A stretch of DNA of 64,000 nucleotides from Rhodothermales bacterium (GTDB taxonomy: Bacteria > Bacteroidota > Rhodothermia > Rhodothermales > VXPQ01). Positions 43,229-51,595 of this stretch are shown here, in pieces. The translations under genes were made by a program, and so were the position numbers. The notes beneath the pieces are model-generated. The model saw only the letters and a program-made list of their open reading frames with translations, was not told the origin of the DNA and did no database searches. The DNA is taken from contig OZ244993.1 in the NCBI GenBank assembly GCA_965223485.1, forward strand, positions 2,089,527 to 2,153,526, given 5' to 3'. Position 1 is the first letter of the stretch. Each line of letters opens with the position of its first letter.

Positions 43229-45574
43229 ATGATGAAAGCCAGTTACAAGTTTTTTACGGGCGCTGTCCTTGCGTTCACGATGGGGGTGCTGGGCGCAGGC
43301 ACGGCTGCTGCGCAGTTCACCATAACATGGCTCGACATTGGGGACTACCAGGACGGATATACCCAGATCGGCGTCAAGGACGAAACGTCGAACCTGATGG
43401 CCTATCCGGCCATTCACCGGAATTCGGCCCACGAGCGTTCCGGCGCCTTCTGGATCGGCGCCAAGAACTGGACGGATCCCAACGGGCAAGCCTATCCGTA
43501 TTACACGTCGCGCATCGGTCCCCGCGACCCCGGCGTCGATTTTGCCTATCCGCTCGAGGACAAACTGGTTGCCAAATGGGAGGACAGCGAGGTGACCGTG
43601 GACGGCGTGGCTTCCTTCGACCGCGTGGCGGTCGTGAGCGAGGTCGATCCGAGTCTGGCTGCCGACCGGATGCAGGAGTCCACATGGAACATGGATATAG
43701 GCGTAACCGTGCGCAAGCGGGCCTATGCGTACAGCAACGGTTTCCACGACGAATACCACATCGTCGAATATCTCTTTACGAATACGGGAAATACCGATGA
43801 CGATCCAGAGATAGAGCTCGATGGTCAAACGCTGGATGAGACCTACTTCTACTGGATTCATCGTTGGCGCGGTGGTCTTGATGGCGCCTGGGTCGGCGAC
43901 GGCGGTCAAGTGTGGGGCAAGTACAGCATGGTGGACGCCGTGGGCGATGGACATGCCGATTATCCCCTCGATATCACGGCATATTACCTCTGGAAGGGCT
44001 ACGAACCGGATTTCGATGCCAGCAAGTGGGATAATCTGGGTGCGCCGCTCATTGAAGCCGGCAGGCGATTTGCGCAAGGCGATACGGTAGGCCGGCTTTC
44101 GGGCGCCTACTTCGATGGGGAGATGCCGGTGTATGCTCCGAATTCCATGAGCGACGCATCCTTCGATCGTTCGATACAGCCGCATACGATCGGTTTCATG
44201 GATCAGGACGAGAAGTTGACGGCGGCGGGGGCTGCGCATAGCGAGTACTACGAGGACGGCATCCTGACGCGTGAGGACCATACGGCGGCGCCGGCGGGAT
44301 GCTCTTCGGATGTGACCCGCACGCGCATGTGCCCGATGTGGGCGGATCGTATCGAACCTGAGGGTAAATTCTGGGAGCCGACCAACAACCCGAGCCAGGG
44401 GCGCCAGGGCGGCCACGCCGCGACGGCGGCCTATGGTCCCTACGACATGGCATTCGGCGACGAAGTGCGTATCGTGTTTGTCCGTTCAGTAGGCGCCCTC
44501 GACTTCGATGCGGCGCTGGTCGTGGGCAGGGAATACTCGCTTACGGGTTGGGATCGGGACAGGGTCATTCGCTATGACGCCAACGGCGATGGGGTCATCA
44601 AGGACGATGTGCCGTACAGTTTCCACGATGTGTACGACCTTGGCCTCGAAGCCATGACGAAGAACCAGTGGGTGCTGACGGCGCGGGATTCGTTGTTCAA
44701 GAATTTCCTCAAGGGCAAGGCAGTCTATGAGGCGTCGAACGACTTCACGGCGTATCCGATAGTGCAGCCGCCGCTTCCGCCGAGGACGTTCTCGGTGGCT
44801 GGCAAGCCTGGCGAGGTCGAACTCTCCTGGGAGCCGCTGAGCGGCGGCCCCGCGCGCGTTGGCTGGGAAGTATATCGCACGAGCCGCGGTACCTTCTGGA
44901 GCCCGGCGTACGACTACGTGCGTGATCCGGGATCGGACGGTTTATTGGGGGCGCTGAGCAGCACGGACCAGAACGTGATGAATAAGCGGCTTCGCCGGAC
45001 GGAGGACGAATTGCCGTACACCTGTGTGCGCGGCGCTCGTCCCGATTGCAAGGCCCCCATGCTGGATGCGGGGGCTACGTCATTCAGCGATACGGACGTG
45101 GTGCGCGGTGAGGATTACTACTACTACCTCGTCGCCGTGGGCGAAAACCTTCCCAACGATCCCAATGGACTCAGGGGCGTTCCCGGCGGTGGCGTGCCGC
45201 TGCGCAGCGGCCGGTATTTCACGCAGACCTACCAGCCTGCCAACCTGAAGCGTCCACCGTTCGGGGCTACCGGGACGATCGAGGATGTGCGCGTGGTGCC
45301 GAATCCGGTGAACCTCGGTTCCGATCAGTCCATTCGTTTCACGAAAGAGGACGAAGTAGCTTTCTTCAACATTCCGGGGGACTGCACGATCAAGATTTAT
45401 TCGGAGATCGGCGAGCTCATTCAGACCATCGAACACGCCGACGGCAGCGGGGACGAGAAATGGAACCTTACCACGAGCGCCCGGCAGTTGCTCGTGAGCG
45501 GCATTTACATTGCCGTGGTTACCGACAATGAAACGAACGAGCAGGTATTCCGGAAATTCACGGTCATTCGGTAA
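43229..45574 (+). CDS. Uncharacterised 781-aa secreted protein with FN3-like segment and divergent T9SS-type C-terminal domain (module 1 partner)
   Basis: It has an SPI-type signal (..GAGTAAAQF) with no lipobox Cys. There is a Ca-loop-like DANGDGVIKDD and an FN3-like PPRTFSVAGKPGEVELSWEPL..WEVYRT. The last 95 aa are VRVVPNPVNLGSD..TIKIYSEIGELIQTIEH..GDEKWNL..VSGIYIAVVTD..FRKFTVIR. It is a paralogue of 59829..62054. Confidence 0.75.
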   Translation: MMKASYKFFTGAVLAFTMGVLGAGTAAAQFTITWLDIGDYQDGYTQIGVKDETSNLMAYPAIHRNSAHERSGAFWIGAKNWTDPNGQAYPYYTSRIGPRDPGVDFAYPLEDKLVAKWEDSEVTVDGVASFDRVAVVSEVDPSLAADRMQESTWNMDIGVTVRKRAYAYSNGFHDEYHIVEYLFTNTGNTDDDPEIELDGQTLDETYFYWIHRWRGGLDGAWVGDGGQVWGKYSMVDAVGDGHADYPLDITAYYLWKGYEPDFDASKWDNLGAPLIEAGRRFAQGDTVGRLSGAYFDGEMPVYAPNSMSDASFDRSIQPHTIGFMDQDEKLTAAGAAHSEYYEDGILTREDHTAAPAGCSSDVTRTRMCPMWADRIEPEGKFWEPTNNPSQGRQGGHAATAAYGPYDMAFGDEVRIVFVRSVGALDFDAALVVGREYSLTGWDRDRVIRYDANGDGVIKDDVPYSFHDVYDLGLEAMTKNQWVLTARDSLFKNFLKGKAVYEASNDFTAYPIVQPPLPPRTFSVAGKPGEVELSWEPLSGGPARVGWEVYRTSRGTFWSPAYDYVRDPGSDGLLGALSSTDQNVMNKRLRRTEDELPYTCVRGARPDCKAPMLDAGATSFSDTDVVRGEDYYYYLVAVGENLPNDPNGLRGVPGGGVPLRSGRYFTQTYQPANLKRPPFGATGTIEDVRVVPNPVNLGSDQSIRFTKEDEVAFFNIPGDCTIKIYSEIGELIQTIEHADGSGDEKWNLTTSARQLLVSGIYIAVVTDNETNEQVFRKFTVIR

Positions 45575-45660
45575 TCCGGGCACGGGGCGGATCGCTCGTC
45601 GGTTCGCCCCCGAGGCCTCGACACATGAGACCCCTTATCGACATTCAATCAGGCTTGATT

Positions 45661-46737
45661 ATGAAAAGGAGTATTGCTACCACGTGCTTTCTCGTAGCCA
45701 TCGGGTTACTGACGGCCCCGTCGACGTTTGCGCAGATTCCCGGTCCGGAGACCGAAGTGGAAACGGTCAAGCGGGGCCAGACCGGCTTCAAGTTTCTCTC
45801 GGCGTCCGTTGATGCGAGGGCAACCGCCATGGGCGGCGCCGTAACCTCGTCCACGACAGGTTCTTCGACGGCGATGTTCTACAACCCTGCGTCTATGGCT
45901 CGTATAGACGGCGATTTCAGCGCAGGCGTGGGCATCATGAACTACCTCGTGGACATCAAATACAATGTCGCGAGTGTGGCGTACCGCCCGGCCGGAGGAA
46001 ACTACGGGGTGGTCGGTCTCTCCCTGGTGAACGTGAATTACGGGGATTTCTTCGAAACGGTTCGTGCGGAAAACGAGCAGGGGTTCCTTGAGTTGGGCAC
46101 GTATAATCCGACTGCGCTTGCGATAGGCGTAGGGTATGCGCGGTCGTTCACGGATCGCTTTTCCATAGGTGCGCATGTCAAGTACGCCAAGCAGGACCTG
46201 GGTTCGTTCGCCAAAGCGCGCACGGACGATGGCACTGCCCTTGGCGATGGCACGTCCGCCACGTTCGAGGATTATGGGCTGAATACCATCGCGGTGGATT
46301 TCGGCGTGCTGTACGATACGGGCTTCGAGAGCCTCACGATCGCTATGAGCACCCGGAATTTCTCACGGGAGCTGGTGTACGAGCGCGAGCGTTTCGAACT
46401 TCCCCTGACATTCCAGATCGGCATGTCGATGGATGTGATGGACCTGACCAGTATGGATCCGAACATGCACTCCTTCATGGTTTCCGTGGATGCTCAGCGG
46501 CCGCGTGACTTTTCAGAGCATATCAAGATCGGTGGCGAGTACACGCTCATGAACATATTGTCCTTGCGCGGCGGTCTGGGACGCCCCTTTGTGGGCGAAG
46601 ACTCGGAAGAATCGTTCAGCGCCGGTGCGGGCTTGAAATATAGCGCTTCCGGGATTGGATTCGGCGTGGATTATGCCTACACGGACTTCGGTGATTTCGG
46701 CACTATCCAGCGCTTCGCCGTTAACATTTCCTTCTGA
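45661..46737 (+). CDS. PorV/PorQ-family-like (FadL-fold) outer-membrane barrel, module 1
   Basis: A signal peptide (..LLTAPSTFAQ) precedes the N-terminal block GFKFLSASVDARATAMGGAVTS..SSTAMFYNPASMA. Alternating beta-strand sequence follows and ends ..IQRFAVNISF. The start is taken at MKRSIA, inside track ORF 45625. Confidence 0.6.
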   Translation: MKRSIATTCFLVAIGLLTAPSTFAQIPGPETEVETVKRGQTGFKFLSASVDARATAMGGAVTSSTTGSSTAMFYNPASMARIDGDFSAGVGIMNYLVDIKYNVASVAYRPAGGNYGVVGLSLVNVNYGDFFETVRAENEQGFLELGTYNPTALAIGVGYARSFTDRFSIGAHVKYAKQDLGSFAKARTDDGTALGDGTSATFEDYGLNTIAVDFGVLYDTGFESLTIAMSTRNFSRELVYERERFELPLTFQIGMSMDVMDLTSMDPNMHSFMVSVDAQRPRDFSEHIKIGGEYTLMNILSLRGGLGRPFVGEDSEESFSAGAGLKYSASGIGFGVDYAYTDFGDFGTIQRFAVNISF

Positions 46738-46756
46738 TAAGGTCTCCCGTTTCTGC

Positions 46757-48460
46757 TTGACAGGTTGGCCGGGCGCTGTTCTTGTCTGTTTCGCTGCGGG
46801 TTGGTTGAGCGCTTGTTCGCTCTCTACCTCGCGGTTGGCGGACGAGGAGGGTGTCCGGCTTCCTGTTTTTACGAATGTTGCCGCGGAATCCGGCCTTGGC
46901 GCCTTCAGGCATGTCAATGGCGCTGCCGGAGACAAGTGGTATCCCGAGCAGATGGGGTCCGGAGGGGGATTTTTCGATTACGACGGCGATGGCTGGAGCG
47001 ACATTCTGCTCCTTGGCGGCGGCGATTGGGATCCCGAAACGCCGGTCCAGGCAATCTTTCTGTACCGGAACAATGGCGACGGCTCCTTCACTGAGGTAAC
47101 GGAAGCGGCAGGTCTGGCCGGTGTGGATGGGTATACGATAGGAATGGTCGCTGCCGACTACGACAACGACGGGGACGCGGACCTCTATATTACCTGTCTC
47201 GAGGAGAATTTTTTCTTCCGAAACGACGAGGGGCGATTCGTCGAGGCAACGCGCGAGGCGGGTCTGGAAGGGAACGACATCTGGAGCAGTTCCGCTATTT
47301 TCTTCGATGCGGACCGGGACGGGGACGCCGATCTGTATGTTGCGAACTATGTGGCATGGACGCCTGAAACGGACATTTTCTGCCCGCTTCGGGGAACGGT
47401 CAAGTTGTATTGCCACCCTGCCGTGTATACCGGGGTGCAAAGCCGGTATTATGTGAACGAAGGGAATGGCGCGTTTGTGGATCGAACCGAAGCCGCCGGT
47501 TTCATGCCGACGCTTGGCAAATCGCTGGGCGTTGCCGAACTGGATTTTAACTTCGACGGCTGGCCCGATCTTGCCGTGGCGAACGACGGAGAGGGTGATT
47601 TGCTGTTTCGGAACAATGCGGACGGCACGTTCACCGATATCGGGGCGCCGAGCGGGTTTGCGTTCAGCGAGCACGGGGAAGCCCGCGCCGGCATGGGCAT
47701 TGACGCGGGGATCACGGACAGTACGGGGCGTTATTCCCTGTACGTGGGCAATTTTTCAGGTGAAATGATCGGGGCGTACCGCCATGTCGAGGGCGAATCG
47801 TTCATCGACCGGGCGGCGCTGTCGCGCATCGGATTTCCAAGTTTGCTGTCGCTTACGTTCGGGCTGTTTCTCATGGATGTGGACATGGATACGGACCTGG
47901 ATCTGTTTGCTGCGAATGGGCACGTACACCCGGACAGAACCGGCGAGAACGACCGTATTCGCTACCGGCAGCCCGCACAGCTTTTCCTGAATCGGGGCGA
48001 TGGGGTGTTCGATGAATTTACTCCGGGGGAGGGGGTATGGACGCATCTGCTTGTGGGGCGCGGGGCCGCCTATGCGGATTACGACCAGGACGGGGATCAG
48101 GATATTCTTCTCACAGAGAACGGGGCCCCGGCGCATCTATGGCGCAACGATACGACCCCCGGACATTATCTGCGCGTGCATGTCGAGGGTCGTACAAGCA
48201 ATCGCGACGGTCTCGGAACCCGCATTACGGCCAGACTGGGCGACTTGACCATGGAACGGCGCATTCGGACAGGATCCAGTTATCTTGCGCAATCGGAGCC
48301 GGTGGCTGCGTTCGGGCTCGGTAGCCGGGAGGAAGTCGATTCGCTGATCGTGTACTGGCCCGGCGGTCTTGTCGAGCGGTTTGCCAGCGTGGCGGGTGAT
48401 CGGGATGTGCTCCTTGTCGAAGGGACGGGCGATCTGACACCTATCCGGCCGCATCCATAA
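46757..48460 (+). CDS. CRTAC1-family FG-GAP/VCBS repeat lipoprotein with ASPIC/UnbV-like C-terminal domain (copy 1)
   Basis: The lipobox is AAGWLSAC. FG-GAP Ca loops include DYDGDGWSDILL, AADYDNDGDADLY, FFDADRDGDADLYVANY, LDFNFDGWPDLAVAND and YADYDQDGDQDILL. The C-terminal WRND..GHYLRVHVEGRTSNRDGLGTRI..RRIRTGSSYLAQSE is UnbV-like. A TTG start at 46757 is assumed; the track ORF starts at 46655. Confidence 0.8.
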   Translation: MTGWPGAVLVCFAAGWLSACSLSTSRLADEEGVRLPVFTNVAAESGLGAFRHVNGAAGDKWYPEQMGSGGGFFDYDGDGWSDILLLGGGDWDPETPVQAIFLYRNNGDGSFTEVTEAAGLAGVDGYTIGMVAADYDNDGDADLYITCLEENFFFRNDEGRFVEATREAGLEGNDIWSSSAIFFDADRDGDADLYVANYVAWTPETDIFCPLRGTVKLYCHPAVYTGVQSRYYVNEGNGAFVDRTEAAGFMPTLGKSLGVAELDFNFDGWPDLAVANDGEGDLLFRNNADGTFTDIGAPSGFAFSEHGEARAGMGIDAGITDSTGRYSLYVGNFSGEMIGAYRHVEGESFIDRAALSRIGFPSLLSLTFGLFLMDVDMDTDLDLFAANGHVHPDRTGENDRIRYRQPAQLFLNRGDGVFDEFTPGEGVWTHLLVGRGAAYADYDQDGDQDILLTENGAPAHLWRNDTTPGHYLRVHVEGRTSNRDGLGTRITARLGDLTMERRIRTGSSYLAQSEPVAAFGLGSREEVDSLIVYWPGGLVERFASVAGDRDVLLVEGTGDLTPIRPHP

Positions 48461-48558
48461 GTTCCTTTACGCGCGAAAGTAAAGTGCTGAGCGAAGTGGT
48501 TTTGATCAGAGTATCCATAAGTATATCCAGGCGCCCGGTTTGCGGGGTGCGCCGTGCG

Positions 48559-50304
48559 GTGCATTTCGCCATACGCTGCATCGGTATCGCTGTAACCGCA
48601 TCTTGCACGGGACTTGTTGCCGGGTGTGCGGGAGGGGAAGATGCATCTCCCGGCTCTCCGTCTGCTGCGCTTGTTTTCACGGAGGTCACCGAGGAGGCGG
48701 GCCTTGGGGAATACCGGCACCGGAATGGGGGTCTCGGCCAGAAATGGATGCCCGAGGTAGTGGGGCCCGGCGGGGCATTTCTTGACTACGATGGCGACGG
48801 CTGGCAGGATATTCTGCTGGTGGGCGGTGGACGGTGGGCGCGTGTTTCCGACGAGCCGGTCGAAGCGCTGCGGCTTTATCGTAATCTCGGGGATGGGACG
48901 TTTGATGATGTCTCCGTCGCAGCAGGCCTCAGTGGCATAGAGGCATACGGATTCGGCGTGGCCGCTGCCGATTACGACAACGACGGGGACACGGATTTTT
49001 TTCTGACGACCCTCCACGAGAACCTGCTTTTTCGCAACGACGCCGGGCGGTTTGAGGAAGTCGGGGAAGAGGCGGGGCTCGCGGACGAGGCCTACTGGAG
49101 CACATCCGCCGTATTCTTCGACGCCGACCGGGACGGCTGGGTCGATTTATTCGTGGGCAACTATGTGTTCTGGACGCCCGAGACGGATATTTCCTGTTTT
49201 CACGAGGGGGAGAAGGCCTATTGCACGCCGCAGAATTATGCGGGCGTCGCCAGCGCCTTCTATCGCAACAAGGGCGATGGCGCCTTTGTCGACGCGACGC
49301 AGGAGGCCGGTTTTTCGGGCGCTATCGACCCCGTGCTGGACAAGACGCTCGGCGTGGCCGAACTGGACATAACCGGAGACGGACATTCCGATCTGTATGT
49401 AGCCAACGATACGGAGCGGAACTTGCTGTTCGTGAATCGCGGGGACGGCACGTTTGCCGAGGCCGCTGTGCGCAGTGGCGTGGCCTACGACCAGCATGGG
49501 CAATCGCGGGCAGGCATGGGGGTGGATGCGGGCGTGGTGGACAGCACCGGACAAACGACCATCTTCGTGGGTAATTTTACCCAGGAAACAGTGAGCGTTT
49601 TCCGGCATGCCTCGGGTGGTTATTTCACGGATCGGGCTACGATATCCCGCGTCGGATTTCCGACGATGGGCACCCTGACATTCGGCCTGTTTCTTTTCGA
49701 CGCGGACCTGGATGGAGACCTCGACCTTTTTCTCGCCAACGGCCATGTACTGGAGCATATCGCCGAGATTCTCGAGGGGGCGGCTTTTGCGGAGCCGGCG
49801 CAGCTTTTTCTCAATCGGGGCGACGGGATATTCAACGAAGCGCTTCCAACGACCGGCGTGCTTGCGCAGCCGATGGTGGCCCGTGGCGCTGCCTATGCCG
49901 ATTACGACCGGGACGGGGACCTCGACGTATTGCTGCTGGAAAACGCCGGGCCGGTGCATCTCTGGCGCAACGATCTGAACGGGAAAGGGTGGTTGCATAT
50001 CCGGCTGGAAGGGCGCGCCAGCAACGGCAGTGCGCTTGGCGCACGGATCGAAGCGATAGTCGGCGATTTGCGCATGGAGCGCCGCATCCGGTCGGGTTCG
50101 AGTTTTTTGTCACAGTCCGCATTGCCTGCGGTATTCGGGTTGGGAGCACGTCGGCAAGTAGATAGTCTAATAGCATATTGGCCGAGCGGTCTCGTCGAGC
50201 GTTTTGCTGGAGTGGCAGCTGGGCAAGAGGTGGTGCTTGTCGAGGGGTCCGGCGTGTTGCGCCCGGCAGAACCCGTCGCAGGGCGTTCCAGGGGGATCCG
50301 GTAA
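48559..50304 (+). CDS. CRTAC1-family FG-GAP/VCBS repeat lipoprotein with ASPIC/UnbV-like domain (copy 2)
   Basis: It has the same architecture as 46757..48460, with lipobox GLVAGC. A GTG start at 48559 is assumed; the track ORF starts at 48484. Confidence 0.8.
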   Translation: MHFAIRCIGIAVTASCTGLVAGCAGGEDASPGSPSAALVFTEVTEEAGLGEYRHRNGGLGQKWMPEVVGPGGAFLDYDGDGWQDILLVGGGRWARVSDEPVEALRLYRNLGDGTFDDVSVAAGLSGIEAYGFGVAAADYDNDGDTDFFLTTLHENLLFRNDAGRFEEVGEEAGLADEAYWSTSAVFFDADRDGWVDLFVGNYVFWTPETDISCFHEGEKAYCTPQNYAGVASAFYRNKGDGAFVDATQEAGFSGAIDPVLDKTLGVAELDITGDGHSDLYVANDTERNLLFVNRGDGTFAEAAVRSGVAYDQHGQSRAGMGVDAGVVDSTGQTTIFVGNFTQETVSVFRHASGGYFTDRATISRVGFPTMGTLTFGLFLFDADLDGDLDLFLANGHVLEHIAEILEGAAFAEPAQLFLNRGDGIFNEALPTTGVLAQPMVARGAAYADYDRDGDLDVLLLENAGPVHLWRNDLNGKGWLHIRLEGRASNGSALGARIEAIVGDLRMERRIRSGSSFLSQSALPAVFGLGARRQVDSLIAYWPSGLVERFAGVAAGQEVVLVEGSGVLRPAEPVAGRSRGIR

Positions 50305-50337
50305 TTGCAACGGTTCTTCGTGAACAGGAGAAAGGTT

Positions 50338-51573
50338 ATGATACGACGGTTTTGCATGGTGGCGGTCGCCTTCCTGCTTGCAGGGTGTGCGCAGGAAGGT
50401 GTGGAAGAGCCGCTTACCCGGACGGACGAACTCCGTGCATCGCTGCCCCTGAACGTGCAACGGTTTATGCTTCAGGCCGAGACGGCGTGGCGTCAGGGGA
50501 ATTACCTGCATGCGCTGGCGCTCACCGACAGCGTTGCGAAGTATGCCCCGGAACTGGCGGATACCTACTTCCTGCGCGGAAGAATCTACACGGACCTGAA
50601 CCAGCTCGACATTGCGAATGCAGCGTACGCCACTGCCCTCGCCGCAGACGAGGAGTACCGCGGGGCGCACATGAATATCGGCATCAATCATTTTCGCAGG
50701 GGGCGGCTCCGGGATGCGGTCGGCGCCTTCCGGCGGGAAGAGGCGATCATGCCGAATACGCATCTGTACCTCGAAATGGGCCGCACGTATGCAAAACTTG
50801 GCATGGCCGACAGTGCGCAGTGGTCGTACGAGCAGGCCATTACGATCGACAGCACGAACACGACGGCCTACATGTGGCTGGGGCAACTCCACGAGGAGAT
50901 GGGGGATTTCGAGACGGCCATCGCTCTGTCGAAACGCGCCGCTGCACTCAGACCGGAGAGCGCGGACTACCGCTATGTGATCGGGTCACAGTTGCTCCGC
51001 ATGGGCGAGGTCGAGGAGGCTGTCGCGCAGCTCCGCACCGTGGTCGAGGAACGCCCGTGGCATCATGGTGCGCAGTACAATCTCGGACAGGCATTGATGC
51101 GTCTTGGCGAGGAGGCCGAGGCAGAGACGCATCTTGCGCTGGCCGAAGAGGCTCAGGGAATCCAGCAGGAGGTCAACGAGGCGCACGAAGCAGTGAACCG
51201 GGACCCCAGCGATGTGCAGAATTGGCTGCACTTGAGCGAGGTACACCGCAAGGCGGGGATGTACGATCGGGCGCTGGATGCCTACAAACGGGCCATTGCC
51301 ATCATTCCGAACGATCTTCGAATGCACGTTAACCTGGCGTCGCTGATGCTGGAAAGCGGCGATGCCGACGGCGCTATTGCGCAATACCGGATGGTCGTCG
51401 ATCGCGATCCGTCCTTGGCGGATGCCTGGCTGAACCTGGGCGTGGCCTATGGCAATGCCGAACGGTATGACGAGGCGCGCCAGGCCTGGGAAATGACGAT
51501 CCGGCTCGATCCGGGCAACCGCACCGCCCGAAACAACCTGAATATGCTTGCCCGCATGGCGAGCGAAGGATAA
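50338..51573 (+). CDS. TPR-repeat lipoprotein
   Basis: The lipobox is FLLAGC. It carries about 9 TPR-like units (e.g. AETAWRQGNYLHALALTDSV, YFLRGRIYTDLNQLDIANAAYATALAADE, AWLNLGVAYGNAERYDEARQAWEMTIRLDPGN). Confidence 0.8.
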   Translation: MIRRFCMVAVAFLLAGCAQEGVEEPLTRTDELRASLPLNVQRFMLQAETAWRQGNYLHALALTDSVAKYAPELADTYFLRGRIYTDLNQLDIANAAYATALAADEEYRGAHMNIGINHFRRGRLRDAVGAFRREEAIMPNTHLYLEMGRTYAKLGMADSAQWSYEQAITIDSTNTTAYMWLGQLHEEMGDFETAIALSKRAAALRPESADYRYVIGSQLLRMGEVEEAVAQLRTVVEERPWHHGAQYNLGQALMRLGEEAEAETHLALAEEAQGIQQEVNEAHEAVNRDPSDVQNWLHLSEVHRKAGMYDRALDAYKRAIAIIPNDLRMHVNLASLMLESGDADGAIAQYRMVVDRDPSLADAWLNLGVAYGNAERYDEARQAWEMTIRLDPGNRTARNNLNMLARMASEG

Positions 51574-51595
51574 TGCATTTTTTGCTTTCTCTACG

